Shown here: one piece after another, positions 9,630 through 19,167 of the stretch
Numbering within the stretch: the first letter of the stretch is position 1
Layout: every line of letters begins with the position of its first letter
Source of the DNA: Cyanobacteria bacterium P01_C01_bin.70
GTDB lineage: Bacteria; Cyanobacteriota; Cyanobacteriia; Phormidesmidales; Phormidesmidaceae
Assembly: GCA_039026015.1 (NCBI GenBank)
Contig: JBCCNE010000001.1
Coordinates: 5,989 to 69,988 of the forward strand
Direction: 5' to 3'
DNA length: 64,000 nucleotides
Program-made: the position numbers and the translations under genes
Notes under the pieces: generated by a model
What the model was told of the DNA's origin: nothing
Seen by the model: the letters and a program-made list of their open reading frames with translations, nothing else
Databases searched by the model: none

Positions 9630-12600
9630 TTAGCCGTTTTCAGAAGAACAATTAATAGCACCTAAGGCAACTAATGAAGTTCTTTGAGCTTCGGTTAATC
9701 CGGTCGTACCGGTAATATTCATCCCTTCATATGGCTTTGTAGCTCTAAAGATTCTAATGCAACCAGCTTTATCCTGTCCGAGCTTCCAGAGTTTTATAGA
9801 CTCATCCTTTCCAGTACTCACAAGAAAACGATTATTTTCATGAAAGCATAGTGAGACAACATTATCTTTATGCGCCTCGAATCTACATACCTCTTTGAAG
9901 TAAGCATTGTTATTGCCGAGCTTCAGAACACTTATAAATTTTTCATGATCTACAGCGACAGCTTTACCGTGTGAACCTAATGTAATCATTGACTTATCTT
10001 CGGAGCTTGAGATCTTGAAAGTCTCTAGGCGCTTCTTCTTTGATATGCTCCATACTTCTAAATCTGCAAATTCGTTAACGACAAATAGATTCTCTCCATT
10101 CGAGCTAAAAGCAATTGAGCAAATAGAGCCTAGCGATGATTTCAATGTCGTAACTGCTTTTCTTGAGTCAATAGCATCTTGAACCATAATATAGTTTTCG
10201 CTCCATATACTTGTGGCAAAAATATTCTTTTTGGAATTCAAAGAAAAGGCAGATATGGAGGAGTCGCGCTTCTGCAAGGTAGATAAAAGTTTCCCTGTCT
10301 TTATGCTCCAGTGATTTACAATTCCATCGCTTCCAACACTAAAAAGAGTCTCTTCGTCTTGGCCAAAAGCAATTGATTTTACGCTATTGTAATGGCCGAC
10401 AAATGTATATAAGCATCTTCCTGTAGAGAGATGCCAAATTTTTACTATTCCACCACTGTCGGCACTCGCTAAAGTATTTTCATTTGAACTCATAGCCACA
10501 GAGGTGATATTGCCGCTGTGGCCTTCTATATTCTTAATGAAATTGCCTGATTCAATATCCCAAATTCTTACAATCTGATCTGTCCCACCTGCTATCAATA
10601 AGTTTTTACTGAAATTAATGTCAACCGCATTTGTGATGTTCATGTAGGTTTCGAGCGAGCTACGACATACCCCAGACTTCAGATCCCAAACTTTAATATT
10701 TTGGTCGACACTGCTACTGACTAAAGTACTATCGTCTGAGCTAAAAGCGAGTAGATTTACTTGAGCGTTATGACCATTAAGAGAATCAATAAGTTTTGCG
10801 GTCTTTGTACTCCATAATCCTATTGAAAGGTTAGAGCCTTTTATGGTGGCAAGAACGTGGCCAGAATGGTTGAAATGAACTGACCAGATCCTATCTACAT
10901 TTTCGTTCAAAATCTTCCAACATTTGCCATTCGAAATATCCCATATCTTTATACTGCCATCTTCACTGCCACTGCTTGCCACGAAAATATTGTCAACGAA
11001 GGAAACTGTCCAGGCACTTTGTCTTCTTATCCCTATGATCTTTTGCCATTCAGCAATACATTCTCCAGATTCGATATTCCAGCCTCTTACTGATTTGTCC
11101 CAACTGCTTCCAATGATTCTGTCGCCACTTGTATCAAAAGAAATAGAATCCGTAGTCCACTTGTAGTTGTTAAATGTCGCTATCTGGTTCCCTTTTGATA
11201 TATTCCATAATCTAATTGTTTTATCGTCGCTAGAGCTTGCTAGTTGATTGAATTTAGGGCTAAACAAAACGGTTCGTACCTGGGCTCTGTGTCCTGACAA
11301 GACCTTTAAACATTTCCCTGTAGACACACACCAGATTTTGATTTCATGACTGGATTGATTGCTGCTAGCGAGGAAACTGCCTAAGTAATTAAAAGAAAGC
11401 GACAATATGGGACCAGAACTTTCTTCTGGAATGCTTAGACTTTTTTCAAGATTAGAGGATCTCCATATATCAATTTTTCCGCTTTTATATCCGATCGCTA
11501 TTACAGAGCCGTCGCAATTCACTTCAATGGCGGATACACCTTCTGAAAACCGAATGAATTTACAATTTATGAATTTGGAATTATTGAAATTCACATCAAG
11601 TAGATTAATTCGACTTAAATCAGCTTGAAGGATTGCCTTGTTAGATAAATCAATTCCAGATATTTTTTTCTTAACGCATGAGACTAAGTTTAGACAGTTC
11701 CCGGACAAGTAGCTTAGTCTAGCAAATGAATTAAAATTTCCAGTCATAACAGAAACTAAGCTCTCAAATAGAGCTTCCATATTCAGGAACTTTGACTCCA
11801 GAAATATTGATATTGGTTTTAAAACTAAGCGAATTTGGGTTTTGTGCACATAGTCCTTAGCCGTAGCTTTGATGAGAGCATGCGTATGGAAGAGGTCAAA
11901 TTTTTGAGTGTTTAACTCTTCACTAACTCGCTCGACAAAGCGATCTGTGGCAAATTCCATGATCACGTTTTGCAGAGTGAACTGTTTGCCCACCGTCTCT
12001 ATCAAGTACCGATCGCTCAACCCCCTCAATGCACTCCGCACTTCTCGCTTCGTCACCGGTGGCAGCAGGTCTTCCATCAACTCATCTAGCCCAACGGGTT
12101 CACGGTTAATCGCCAGCCAAAACAAGATCGAGCGCTCCAACGGGGCCAGACGAGTCAGGTGCTGATCGAGCAGGCTGCGCACATCCTCAACCGCTGCCCC
12201 TTCCTCTTCCAGAAAGTCATCGACATCCCCCAAAAACTCTCGCTGAATCGCCGTGGCCACCAAGTGCAGGGCCTGGGGATTGCCACTGTAGCGGTCAATC
12301 AGTTCCTGACCCTGGGTATCCGCCTCGTCTAACTCCAAGCCCTTCGTCTTCAGAATCTCCCGTCCTGCTTCAGTATCGATGCCCGTTACTGACCATAGGC
12401 GGACAGGGAAGCGATCGCCTGCCATCGGAGCTAGTTCACGGGGACATTCGCGACTGGTCAGTAGCAGGCAACTTTGATGCTCGGCCTCGCCAATCCGGTG
12501 AATCAGTTCCCCATAGCCTTCATACCCATCGCGAAACTGCCCCGTCGATTCCGCCTGCAAAATCGATTCCAAGTTATCCAGCACCAGCAAGCAGCGGTGC

Positions 12601-13223
12601 TCCCGCAAATAGTGCAGCAGACGAATTATGCGCTCTCCTAAGCGACTCGGCAGGTTGATTTCCGTCTCCTGCTGATCCGAGAGAAACTGAATTAGCCGCA
12701 CTAGAATCTCATCCAGCGGTGGCGCTTCTCGCAAACTGCGCCAGATCACATAATCAAACTGCTCGTAGATCTGATCGGCCAGCTTAGCCGCCAGGGACGT
12801 TTTGCCAATGCCACCCATGCCCAGCAGCGTCACTACTCGGCACTGCTCCGCCTGTATCCACTGGTTCAACGTCGTCAAGTCTTCGCTGCGACCAAAGAAA
12901 ATTGCAGTATCTGGTTTCTCACCCCAATCAATTTTGGTTGTAGAAGTGCGTTGTGGCGCTGTCGGTTCCAACTGTCCGAAGTCAGCGGTTTCCAACTTTA
13001 GACCAAAGGCGCTAAATAGGGCTTCGACAGAAGCTTTATCGACCGGGGCAGAGCGATCGCGAATCTTCTTGATGGTTTTGCGACTGCTGCCGACTCGTTC
13101 CTCTATTTCGGCTTGAGTGAAGCGGTTGCCAAATTTCTCAGCGTCCTGCGCGGCAGCGATCGCGGCCTCCAATTTTCCCAAACCATACTCGGTTAATACA
13201 ACACCACGCTGACGCTTACTCAT
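9630..13223 (-). CDS. HTH-NB-ARC(STAND)-pentapeptide-WD40 protein
   Basis: MSKRQRGVVLT N-terminus shared with the 3285-6878 gene; GMGGIGKT, LLVLDNLE, LTSRE, GNPQAL, WD40 repeats, KPYEGMNI tail. Confidence 0.93.
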   Translation of the reverse strand: MSKRQRGVVLTEYGLGKLEAAIAAAQDAEKFGNRFTQAEIEERVGSSRKTIKKIRDRSAPVDKASVEALFSAFGLKLETADFGQLEPTAPQRTSTTKIDWGEKPDTAIFFGRSEDLTTLNQWIQAEQCRVVTLLGMGGIGKTSLAAKLADQIYEQFDYVIWRSLREAPPLDEILVRLIQFLSDQQETEINLPSRLGERIIRLLHYLREHRCLLVLDNLESILQAESTGQFRDGYEGYGELIHRIGEAEHQSCLLLTSRECPRELAPMAGDRFPVRLWSVTGIDTEAGREILKTKGLELDEADTQGQELIDRYSGNPQALHLVATAIQREFLGDVDDFLEEEGAAVEDVRSLLDQHLTRLAPLERSILFWLAINREPVGLDELMEDLLPPVTKREVRSALRGLSDRYLIETVGKQFTLQNVIMEFATDRFVERVSEELNTQKFDLFHTHALIKATAKDYVHKTQIRLVLKPISIFLESKFLNMEALFESLVSVMTGNFNSFARLSYLSGNCLNLVSCVKKKISGIDLSNKAILQADLSRINLLDVNFNNSKFINCKFIRFSEGVSAIEVNCDGSVIAIGYKSGKIDIWRSSNLEKSLSIPEESSGPILSLSFNYLGSFLASSNQSSHEIKIWCVSTGKCLKVLSGHRAQVRTVLFSPKFNQLASSSDDKTIRLWNISKGNQIATFNNYKWTTDSISFDTSGDRIIGSSWDKSVRGWNIESGECIAEWQKIIGIRRQSAWTVSFVDNIFVASSGSEDGSIKIWDISNGKCWKILNENVDRIWSVHFNHSGHVLATIKGSNLSIGLWSTKTAKLIDSLNGHNAQVNLLAFSSDDSTLVSSSVDQNIKVWDLKSGVCRSSLETYMNITNAVDINFSKNLLIAGGTDQIVRIWDIESGNFIKNIEGHSGNITSVAMSSNENTLASADSGGIVKIWHLSTGRCLYTFVGHYNSVKSIAFGQDEETLFSVGSDGIVNHWSIKTGKLLSTLQKRDSSISAFSLNSKKNIFATSIWSENYIMVQDAIDSRKAVTTLKSSLGSICSIAFSSNGENLFVVNEFADLEVWSISKKKRLETFKISSSEDKSMITLGSHGKAVAVDHEKFISVLKLGNNNAYFKEVCRFEAHKDNVVSLCFHENNRFLVSTGKDESIKLWKLGQDKAGCIRIFRATKPYEGMNITGTTGLTEAQRTSLVALGAINCSSENG

Positions 13224-13456
13224 GGCTTTAAGGGGGCAGATGACAATTTAGGCAAGGGGAAAGTTAACGGAAAGTTTCTTGCTTTCATCGATAGTATTCG
13301 ATCTTTCTCGGATGTGCCCTTCAACTGAAATGCCCTGAATCATTACAGTTTGGCTGGTGCGGCAAAGTTCCTCGCAACTTTCTGGCAATCTGCTGAAGTT
13401 TCCTAGCGATCAGTGGTCGATTTACTCAGACTAAGCTCATTGCGTTGAGGTCAATT
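13224..13456. promoter_or_regulatory. Divergent promoter with GAAAGTT direct repeats (13259, 13270) and AAAGTT-N6-AACTTT palindrome (13364-13381)
   Basis: Homologous to 6879-7129. Confidence 0.65.
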
Positions 13457-13684
13457 ATGTACATCCTCGAAACGACCCAAGCCGAGCTGTTTGAACAGAC
13501 CATGCAGGGTGAAGTCGAACAAGCGATCGCCGGTCATCTGCCCGGTCGCGTCAAAGTCATGGGTGTGAGCTGGGCAGCCCGCCTCTGCATTCCCGATGCT
13601 CGCTATGCCCTTGCTCGTGGGACGACAGTCACCGTCTTGGGGCGTCGTGGCAACACTTTATTGGTGTTGCCCTATGTGCCTTAG
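13457..13684 (+). CDS. Stand-alone NfeD-like C-terminal (OB-fold) protein
   Basis: GEVEQAI...GRVKVMGVSWAAR...LARGTTVTVLGRRGNTLLV; GAGG RBS before ATG 13457. Confidence 0.85.
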   Translation: MYILETTQAELFEQTMQGEVEQAIAGHLPGRVKVMGVSWAARLCIPDARYALARGTTVTVLGRRGNTLLVLPYVP

Positions 13685-13689
13685 CCTGC

Positions 13690-13772
13690 AGCTCGCCACA
13701 ACTTTCGCCGATTCGCAGGCTGCTTTTGCAACCTAGTTTGCCAAGTCGGTGGTTGAGCTTTTGGTTTTTTTC
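13690..13772 (+). terminator. Possible terminator/attenuator between nfeD-like and trypco2
   Basis: AGCTCGCCAC...GTGGTTGAGCT imperfect stem enclosing AGGCTGC-TTTT-GCAACCT, followed by a T-tract. Confidence 0.3.
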
Positions 13773-13840
13773 TTAAAGGGATGACAGGCTCGTTGAGATA
13801 TCGCTTTAATTAGGAACGGGAATAATCAACTGCGGCTGCT

Positions 13841-14215
13841 ATGACTCAACCCATCGGGCTGTCGGAACTCATCAACCAGGTCAAGAAGGAACTGTTGACT
13901 CCTCCAGATAAGGATGGTGAACCTCCAGTATTCTTCGTGGATGCGGTGGAACTGGAGCTGCAAGTGACCGCCAAGCGGGAAGGCAACGCGGGTATCAAAA
14001 TTGATGTGGTCTCAATCGGGGGAGGGGAAGCGGGCGGTACTCTCAGCCAGGAGAAAACTCACACGGTAAAGGTGTCATTGTCGCCGCTCTTCGAGAAAGA
14101 ACAACTGGTGGAGTGGTTCAAAGATGTTCGAGGGGAGCAGGTGATGCCTGCCGTGGATGGGAGCTTGGATGCCTTGATCAAAGGCAAAGATGACAATCTA
14201 GCCGATCGCTTCTAG
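13841..14215 (+). CDS. Trypco2-family (protease co-occurring) protein
   Basis: IGLSELINQVKKEL...FFVDAVELELQV...GIKIDVVSIGG...HTVKVSLSP, directly upstream of a peptidase. Confidence 0.8.
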   Translation: MTQPIGLSELINQVKKELLTPPDKDGEPPVFFVDAVELELQVTAKREGNAGIKIDVVSIGGGEAGGTLSQEKTHTVKVSLSPLFEKEQLVEWFKDVRGEQVMPAVDGSLDALIKGKDDNLADRF

Positions 14216-14219
14216 CCCG

Positions 14220-16034
14220 ATGTCCAGTTCTCTCTATCTGTTTGAGCTATACCTGACACCGCTGGATGCCATGCGGTTTAAGGCGATTGTCACTGAGTCA
14301 ACGTTAGGCAGTGACGCTGAGTCGGAGCCGAGCTTGCCTTTTTGGGAGGGGGCACAAGATTGGCGCACAACAGTGATTAAAACGCTGGAAAGCTCTCGCG
14401 GTTTCAAGGCTGAGCACTTTCCCAAGCCAGGTGAACAAGCGTGGATGGAGCAGGCGGGTATTTTGTCAGCGGGGCATCCTAGTTTTGCACCCGACTATTT
14501 GGAAAGGATTGGCCAGCAACTTTTTCAAGCGCTATTGCCGCCCGATCAGCTAGTTGGGCAAGTGTTTCAGTCGGCTTTACGTCAGGCTGAAGGTGCTGGA
14601 GTAGACTTACATCTCAGATTGAAGTTTGCGGCAGATTCAGCCCAGCGATCGCGCCTGGCTGACTATCCGTGGGAACTGATCCATGATGGCACCCGATTTC
14701 TCCTACATCGACGGGTACAGCTATCTCGCTACATTGCCTACGATGCAGTGCCACCGAAGCAAGAACTTGGCGATCGCCTCCGAGTATTACTAGTGTCGCC
14801 ACGGGCTAGCGATATAAGCCAACTGTCGGATGCGGAACCTGAGGCTATTCGAGCTGGTATCGCTCAGGCTGAATCAGTTTCTCTGGAGCAATTGCCGACG
14901 CCGACCTGGCGCGGATTGAGTACCTATCTAACGGAATCCGCTAACCCACCACAAGTGATTCACTTTGATGGTCATGGCATTTTTGGTAAGCGTTGCAAAG
15001 CTTGTGGGCATTTACACAACAATACTAAAGTGACAGCCTGCCAGAGTTGCAGTGCCCCGCTGCCAGAAGCACAGGGATTTCTGGCCTTTGAAGACAATCA
15101 AGGCAAGGCCGATTTCGTTAGCGCTCGAAATTTCGCCAGGTTAGTGGCCAATAAGGGCATTACGCTGACAGTGTTGAGTGCCTGTCAGTCGGGGATGGCG
15201 GTAACGGGGAAGTCGGTTTTTAACGGCACGGCTCAGCAGTTAATTGATGCTCAGGTGCCTGCAGTGGTAGCGATGCAGTACAGTGTGCGGGTTAAAGAAG
15301 CCCGAGACTTTGCGGAGCAGTTTTATCGGGTCTTGGGGCAGGGCGAGTCAGCGCTGACGGCGTTGAGTGAGGGGCGGAGTTGGATGGATGTCGAGGGCAA
15401 TCAGTGGTATCGACCAGTACTATACTTGCGCTGGCTGGAAAATGCAGCTGGGCAGTTGTTTACCAAAGCTGAGCCGCAGTCACCAGGGGCTGAAGCCTTA
15501 CATGCCGCCAGTGAATCATCTGAGATCCCAACCAGTCTCAATGTACCTTTGTCTACTCTGGAGCGGCTAGCGTTGATCCAGACCCTCAATCAATTGCCAA
15601 GGGCAACTTTTGAGGAATTGGTGATGGCTTTAAATCCACCGCCAGGTATTTTGCCGCCAAACATAGCGGCTCAGGGCGATCGCACACCAGCGTTGCTGCA
15701 ATGGGTCGAAGGCATTGGCCCAGGACTACCTCACCTTCATGCCATCCTTAATCTGGTGCGGCAATCTTCAGGGCAAACTCCATGTCCAACGCCATCGCAG
15801 CCAACGGTCTCAGAAAAATCAGCAGATGTGTCCACGCCTCCGGAAAACAAGTCGGCATCCAGCACGCGGCAAGGCTACTATCAGCGACAAATAGTTCAGC
15901 TAGAGGAACAACTTGCTGCTGTGGAGTCAGATTTGGCAACGGCTGCTACGGAGCGCGATCGCCTCCGTCTGGAAAAGGATGCCGAACGACTGTTAGAGAA
16001 AATAGAAAACCTGAATGCCAAATTGCACGGATAA
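14220..16034 (+). CDS. CHAT (caspase-like) protease with Zn-ribbon insert, helical adaptor domain and C-terminal EAD9-like coiled coil
   Basis: YPWELI, LRVLLV, IHFDGHG (His), VLSACQS (Cys), PAVVAMQY, FAEQFY. Confidence 0.9.
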   Translation: MSSSLYLFELYLTPLDAMRFKAIVTESTLGSDAESEPSLPFWEGAQDWRTTVIKTLESSRGFKAEHFPKPGEQAWMEQAGILSAGHPSFAPDYLERIGQQLFQALLPPDQLVGQVFQSALRQAEGAGVDLHLRLKFAADSAQRSRLADYPWELIHDGTRFLLHRRVQLSRYIAYDAVPPKQELGDRLRVLLVSPRASDISQLSDAEPEAIRAGIAQAESVSLEQLPTPTWRGLSTYLTESANPPQVIHFDGHGIFGKRCKACGHLHNNTKVTACQSCSAPLPEAQGFLAFEDNQGKADFVSARNFARLVANKGITLTVLSACQSGMAVTGKSVFNGTAQQLIDAQVPAVVAMQYSVRVKEARDFAEQFYRVLGQGESALTALSEGRSWMDVEGNQWYRPVLYLRWLENAAGQLFTKAEPQSPGAEALHAASESSEIPTSLNVPLSTLERLALIQTLNQLPRATFEELVMALNPPPGILPPNIAAQGDRTPALLQWVEGIGPGLPHLHAILNLVRQSSGQTPCPTPSQPTVSEKSADVSTPPENKSASSTRQGYYQRQIVQLEEQLAAVESDLATAATERDRLRLEKDAERLLEKIENLNAKLHG

Positions 16035-16073
16035 AAATAAAATTTTGATGGGTTAGCGGATTAATCAGTCATT

Positions 16074-17084
16074 GTGGGCGATCGCAGACGGCAGTTTTAT
16101 ACCAAGCAGTTAGCGCAGCTAGAAGAGGAACTCGCTGCGGTTGAGGTCGATTTAGAGACAGCGGCAACTGAGCTCGCACGACTCAAGCTAGACAAAAAAG
16201 CAGAAGAACTGCTTGGCAAGATTGATGAGTTAGAGAAGAAACTAGCTGAGTGTGATGCGGAGTCTGAGACTCCAGCCGTCCGCGATCGCGGCTTTGAGAA
16301 GGCACTTCAAAAGCTTGATTTCCACAAAGCCAAAGCTACCGCTGCCCTGATTCGCCAGCAGCTCAACCAAGAAGGCGGGGCGGTGCTGTTCTTTTTGCAA
16401 AAGACCAAGAAGCAAATGGGTCACTTTTGCATTGAGGAAGTGCTACAGGTGCTGCTGGGTGATCAGATTGTGGATGGGCAAGTAATGGGAGCCTACCGCC
16501 GCTACTCAGTGGATTTGGACTCCGCCATCTCGCGGTTTGATGAAATCGAGTTTTTGATTCGCTTGGCTAGCTACTTTAACCTGGAGGAGTCTCAAGACCT
16601 CAAGATCCTACAGCAACAGATTCGCGAGACGATTTGCACCTCGATCGACGAGGGCACGACGGTTTTTCTCGAAATTAAAAGTCTGGATGACTTGCTGGAA
16701 CAGGCGAACTTTCTTGAGTGGTTTATTAAGGAGTTCTGGAAACCACTGATTGATGAGGTTTCAGCGGTTTCGCAAAAATACAAGAGCAAGTTTATTGTGG
16801 CGTTGGTGGCTGATAGCGAAATCCTAGACTGCACACTGCCTGACTATCCAGCAAGCTACTTTTGTGACGGAACGGCCTATGACTGCTACAAAATGCTGGA
16901 TTTGCCCTTGCCAGACTGGTTGGAGTCCGACATTTTTGACTGGTTAGTTCGCTTTCGGACGCTATCTCCTACCCTAAAAAGCGAAGATAATGCTGCCCTA
17001 AAACGTCGGGCCAGGAAAATCCATCGTGACAGCGACGGAACTCCGCAAAACGTTTGTGCCAATCTCCAGGAGCTATTTCGATGA
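16074..17084 (+). CDS. EAD9-like coiled coil + inactive STAND (iSTAND-like) protein
   Basis: N-terminal coil matches the CHAT C-terminus; LQKLDF..., FIKEFWKPL, SDGTP end; no Walker A; directly upstream of MoxR. Confidence 0.7.
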   Translation: MGDRRRQFYTKQLAQLEEELAAVEVDLETAATELARLKLDKKAEELLGKIDELEKKLAECDAESETPAVRDRGFEKALQKLDFHKAKATAALIRQQLNQEGGAVLFFLQKTKKQMGHFCIEEVLQVLLGDQIVDGQVMGAYRRYSVDLDSAISRFDEIEFLIRLASYFNLEESQDLKILQQQIRETICTSIDEGTTVFLEIKSLDDLLEQANFLEWFIKEFWKPLIDEVSAVSQKYKSKFIVALVADSEILDCTLPDYPASYFCDGTAYDCYKMLDLPLPDWLESDIFDWLVRFRTLSPTLKSEDNAALKRRARKIHRDSDGTPQNVCANLQELFR

Positions 17085-18067
17085 CTGTAGCTGAGCGTCT
17101 GAAATTTTATGGCGATCGCCGTCAGCCAGAATCGGCTCATCAGGATGCCCCCCAAGATCCAGAACCCTATGTGGTGACGGAACCGTTGAAAAAGGCGGTG
17201 AACCTGGCGCTGTTTCTGCGGCGACCATTATTGCTAGAAGGCGATGCTGGATGTGGCAAAACGCGATTGGCCTACAGCGTGGCCTATGAGTTGGGATTGC
17301 CGCTCTATCGTTGGGATGTGCGATCGAGCACCAAGGCGCAAGATGGCCTGTATGAATATGATGCGATTTTGCGACTGCATGATGTGGAAGTGCAAAAGCT
17401 ATCGGGAGCCGAGAGGCCAGCGACGCAACCAGAGCCGGAATCGGAGGATCTGGATCAGCCGCCCCAGCAGCGAGATCCGGGAAATGCTAAGCACTATCGT
17501 ACGTTTGGGCCGCTGGGTAAGGCGTTTCGGATGCGCGATCGCCCCGCAGTTGTTTTGATTGACGAAATCGACAAGGCCGATCTCGACTTTCCCAATGACT
17601 TGCTCACGGTACTGGATGAGCCTTGGGAGTTCACCATTCGCGAAACGGGAGAAACCATCAAGGCGGATGAGTACCACAAGCCCATCGTTATCATCACCAG
17701 CAACAAGGAGAAAGGAAATCTGCCCGCGCCCTTTCTGCGCCGCTGCCTGTATCGCTATCTCGACTTTCCCGACCAACCCGATACCTTGAAGGACATCATC
17801 CAGCGCCACTATGAAATCCAAGAGAAGGCGGCCCCAACGGATGATTTACAAACAACAGCAGCGAAGAAGTTTTTGAATGAGCGCCAAGAGCGAAAGTGGT
17901 TTAAGCCGCCGGGCACCAGCGAGTTTTTAGACTGGCTCAAGGCCCTGCATGCCTTTGAAGATGAGCCCTACAGCAGTGAGCAGCTCAAGCAAGAGGCCAC
18001 CCTGCCCTATCGAGAGCTGCTGTTTAAGCGGCAAGATGACTGGCGCACCGCCGCGAAAGCCTTATGA
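17081..18067 (+). CDS. MoxR-family AAA+ ATPase
   Basis: RPLLLEGDAGCGKT, VLIDEIDKADLDFPNDLL, IITSN, PFLRRC; ATGA coupling at both ends. Confidence 0.93.
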   Translation: MTVAERLKFYGDRRQPESAHQDAPQDPEPYVVTEPLKKAVNLALFLRRPLLLEGDAGCGKTRLAYSVAYELGLPLYRWDVRSSTKAQDGLYEYDAILRLHDVEVQKLSGAERPATQPEPESEDLDQPPQQRDPGNAKHYRTFGPLGKAFRMRDRPAVVLIDEIDKADLDFPNDLLTVLDEPWEFTIRETGETIKADEYHKPIVIITSNKEKGNLPAPFLRRCLYRYLDFPDQPDTLKDIIQRHYEIQEKAAPTDDLQTTAAKKFLNERQERKWFKPPGTSEFLDWLKALHAFEDEPYSSEQLKQEATLPYRELLFKRQDDWRTAAKAL

Positions 18068-19167
18068 CTGAGTTTGATGCCCAAGAGGTGGTGCTTCGCT
18101 TGTTTACGCAGTTACGCCGCAGTCTCAAACTGGGGATTAGCGAGTATATGGCTGCCTGTGCAGCCGCAGAAGAAGCTGATTTTGGGGCCAATGAGGCAAC
18201 TTTGCAAGACACGCTGAAGCTGCTGTGGTGTTACTCCGTGATCGATTCCAGCCAGTTTGACTCGGTTTGGCAATCGGTGCTGGCTCAGGTGCAAGCCCAG
18301 CGACGGCGCAGGCCCCCGTTTCCGGGACGACGAGAGGTCTCATCGTCCCGCACAGAGCGGCAGGTAGAGCCCCCTGCGCAATCGCAATCCCCGATCCCTC
18401 CCCAACCAGCCACCCAATCAGAACGCCGTCCTGAGCCTGAGCTGAAAGCCCTGCCGGTGCAAGCTCCGACTCTGTTTATGCCGGAGGAAGAGATGGCAAC
18501 GCTGCAGGCGTACTACCCGATCTCACGGCGATCGCTGGTGTATAACTGGCGTTATCTGCGCCGACCGGTTGCTGATGGCCCTAAGACCGTTTTGGATATT
18601 GACGCGACGGTGCAGCGGGCGACTCGCCAGGGCTTTTATCTCGCACCAGTCTACCGTTCCAAAGTGCGCAATGCGGCCCGACTCTTACTACTCATCGACC
18701 AAAACGGCTCGATGACGCCCTTCCATCATTTCACGCGGGATCTGGTGGAGACCGCGAAGCAAGAAAGTAGCCTCGCCCCCGAAAATGTTGAAGTCTTCTA
18801 TTTTCAAAACGTGCCTGCTGGCAGCGTGTTTCGTGACCCGTACTTAACCAGGTCGGTAATGCTTACGGAGGCACTAGCGCCCTGTGATGAAAGCACCAGC
18901 GTCTTGGTGGTGAGCGATGGGGGAGCCGCCCGTGGCTATCGCATGAAAGATCGGGTGCGCGTTACCATTCGGTTTTTGCAGCAGCTAAAGCGTTACACGA
19001 CGCTGCTAGCCTGGTTGAACCCCATGCCCGAAAGCCGCTGGGAGGGCAGCTCGGCGGAAGTAATTGAGCAGTCTATCGCCATGTTTCAGATGGATAATGA
19101 AGGTCTGAGCAATGCGATCGATGTAGTGCGAGGGCAACCCTTGAAGAACAACTTGGGAGGCGCATGA
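18064..19167 (+). CDS. vWA-domain protein (MoxR partner)
   Basis: LDIDATV, LLLIDQNGSM (MIDAS-like), VVSDGGAARG, WLNPMP. Confidence 0.88.
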   Translation: MTEFDAQEVVLRLFTQLRRSLKLGISEYMAACAAAEEADFGANEATLQDTLKLLWCYSVIDSSQFDSVWQSVLAQVQAQRRRRPPFPGRREVSSSRTERQVEPPAQSQSPIPPQPATQSERRPEPELKALPVQAPTLFMPEEEMATLQAYYPISRRSLVYNWRYLRRPVADGPKTVLDIDATVQRATRQGFYLAPVYRSKVRNAARLLLLIDQNGSMTPFHHFTRDLVETAKQESSLAPENVEVFYFQNVPAGSVFRDPYLTRSVMLTEALAPCDESTSVLVVSDGGAARGYRMKDRVRVTIRFLQQLKRYTTLLAWLNPMPESRWEGSSAEVIEQSIAMFQMDNEGLSNAIDVVRGQPLKNNLGGA

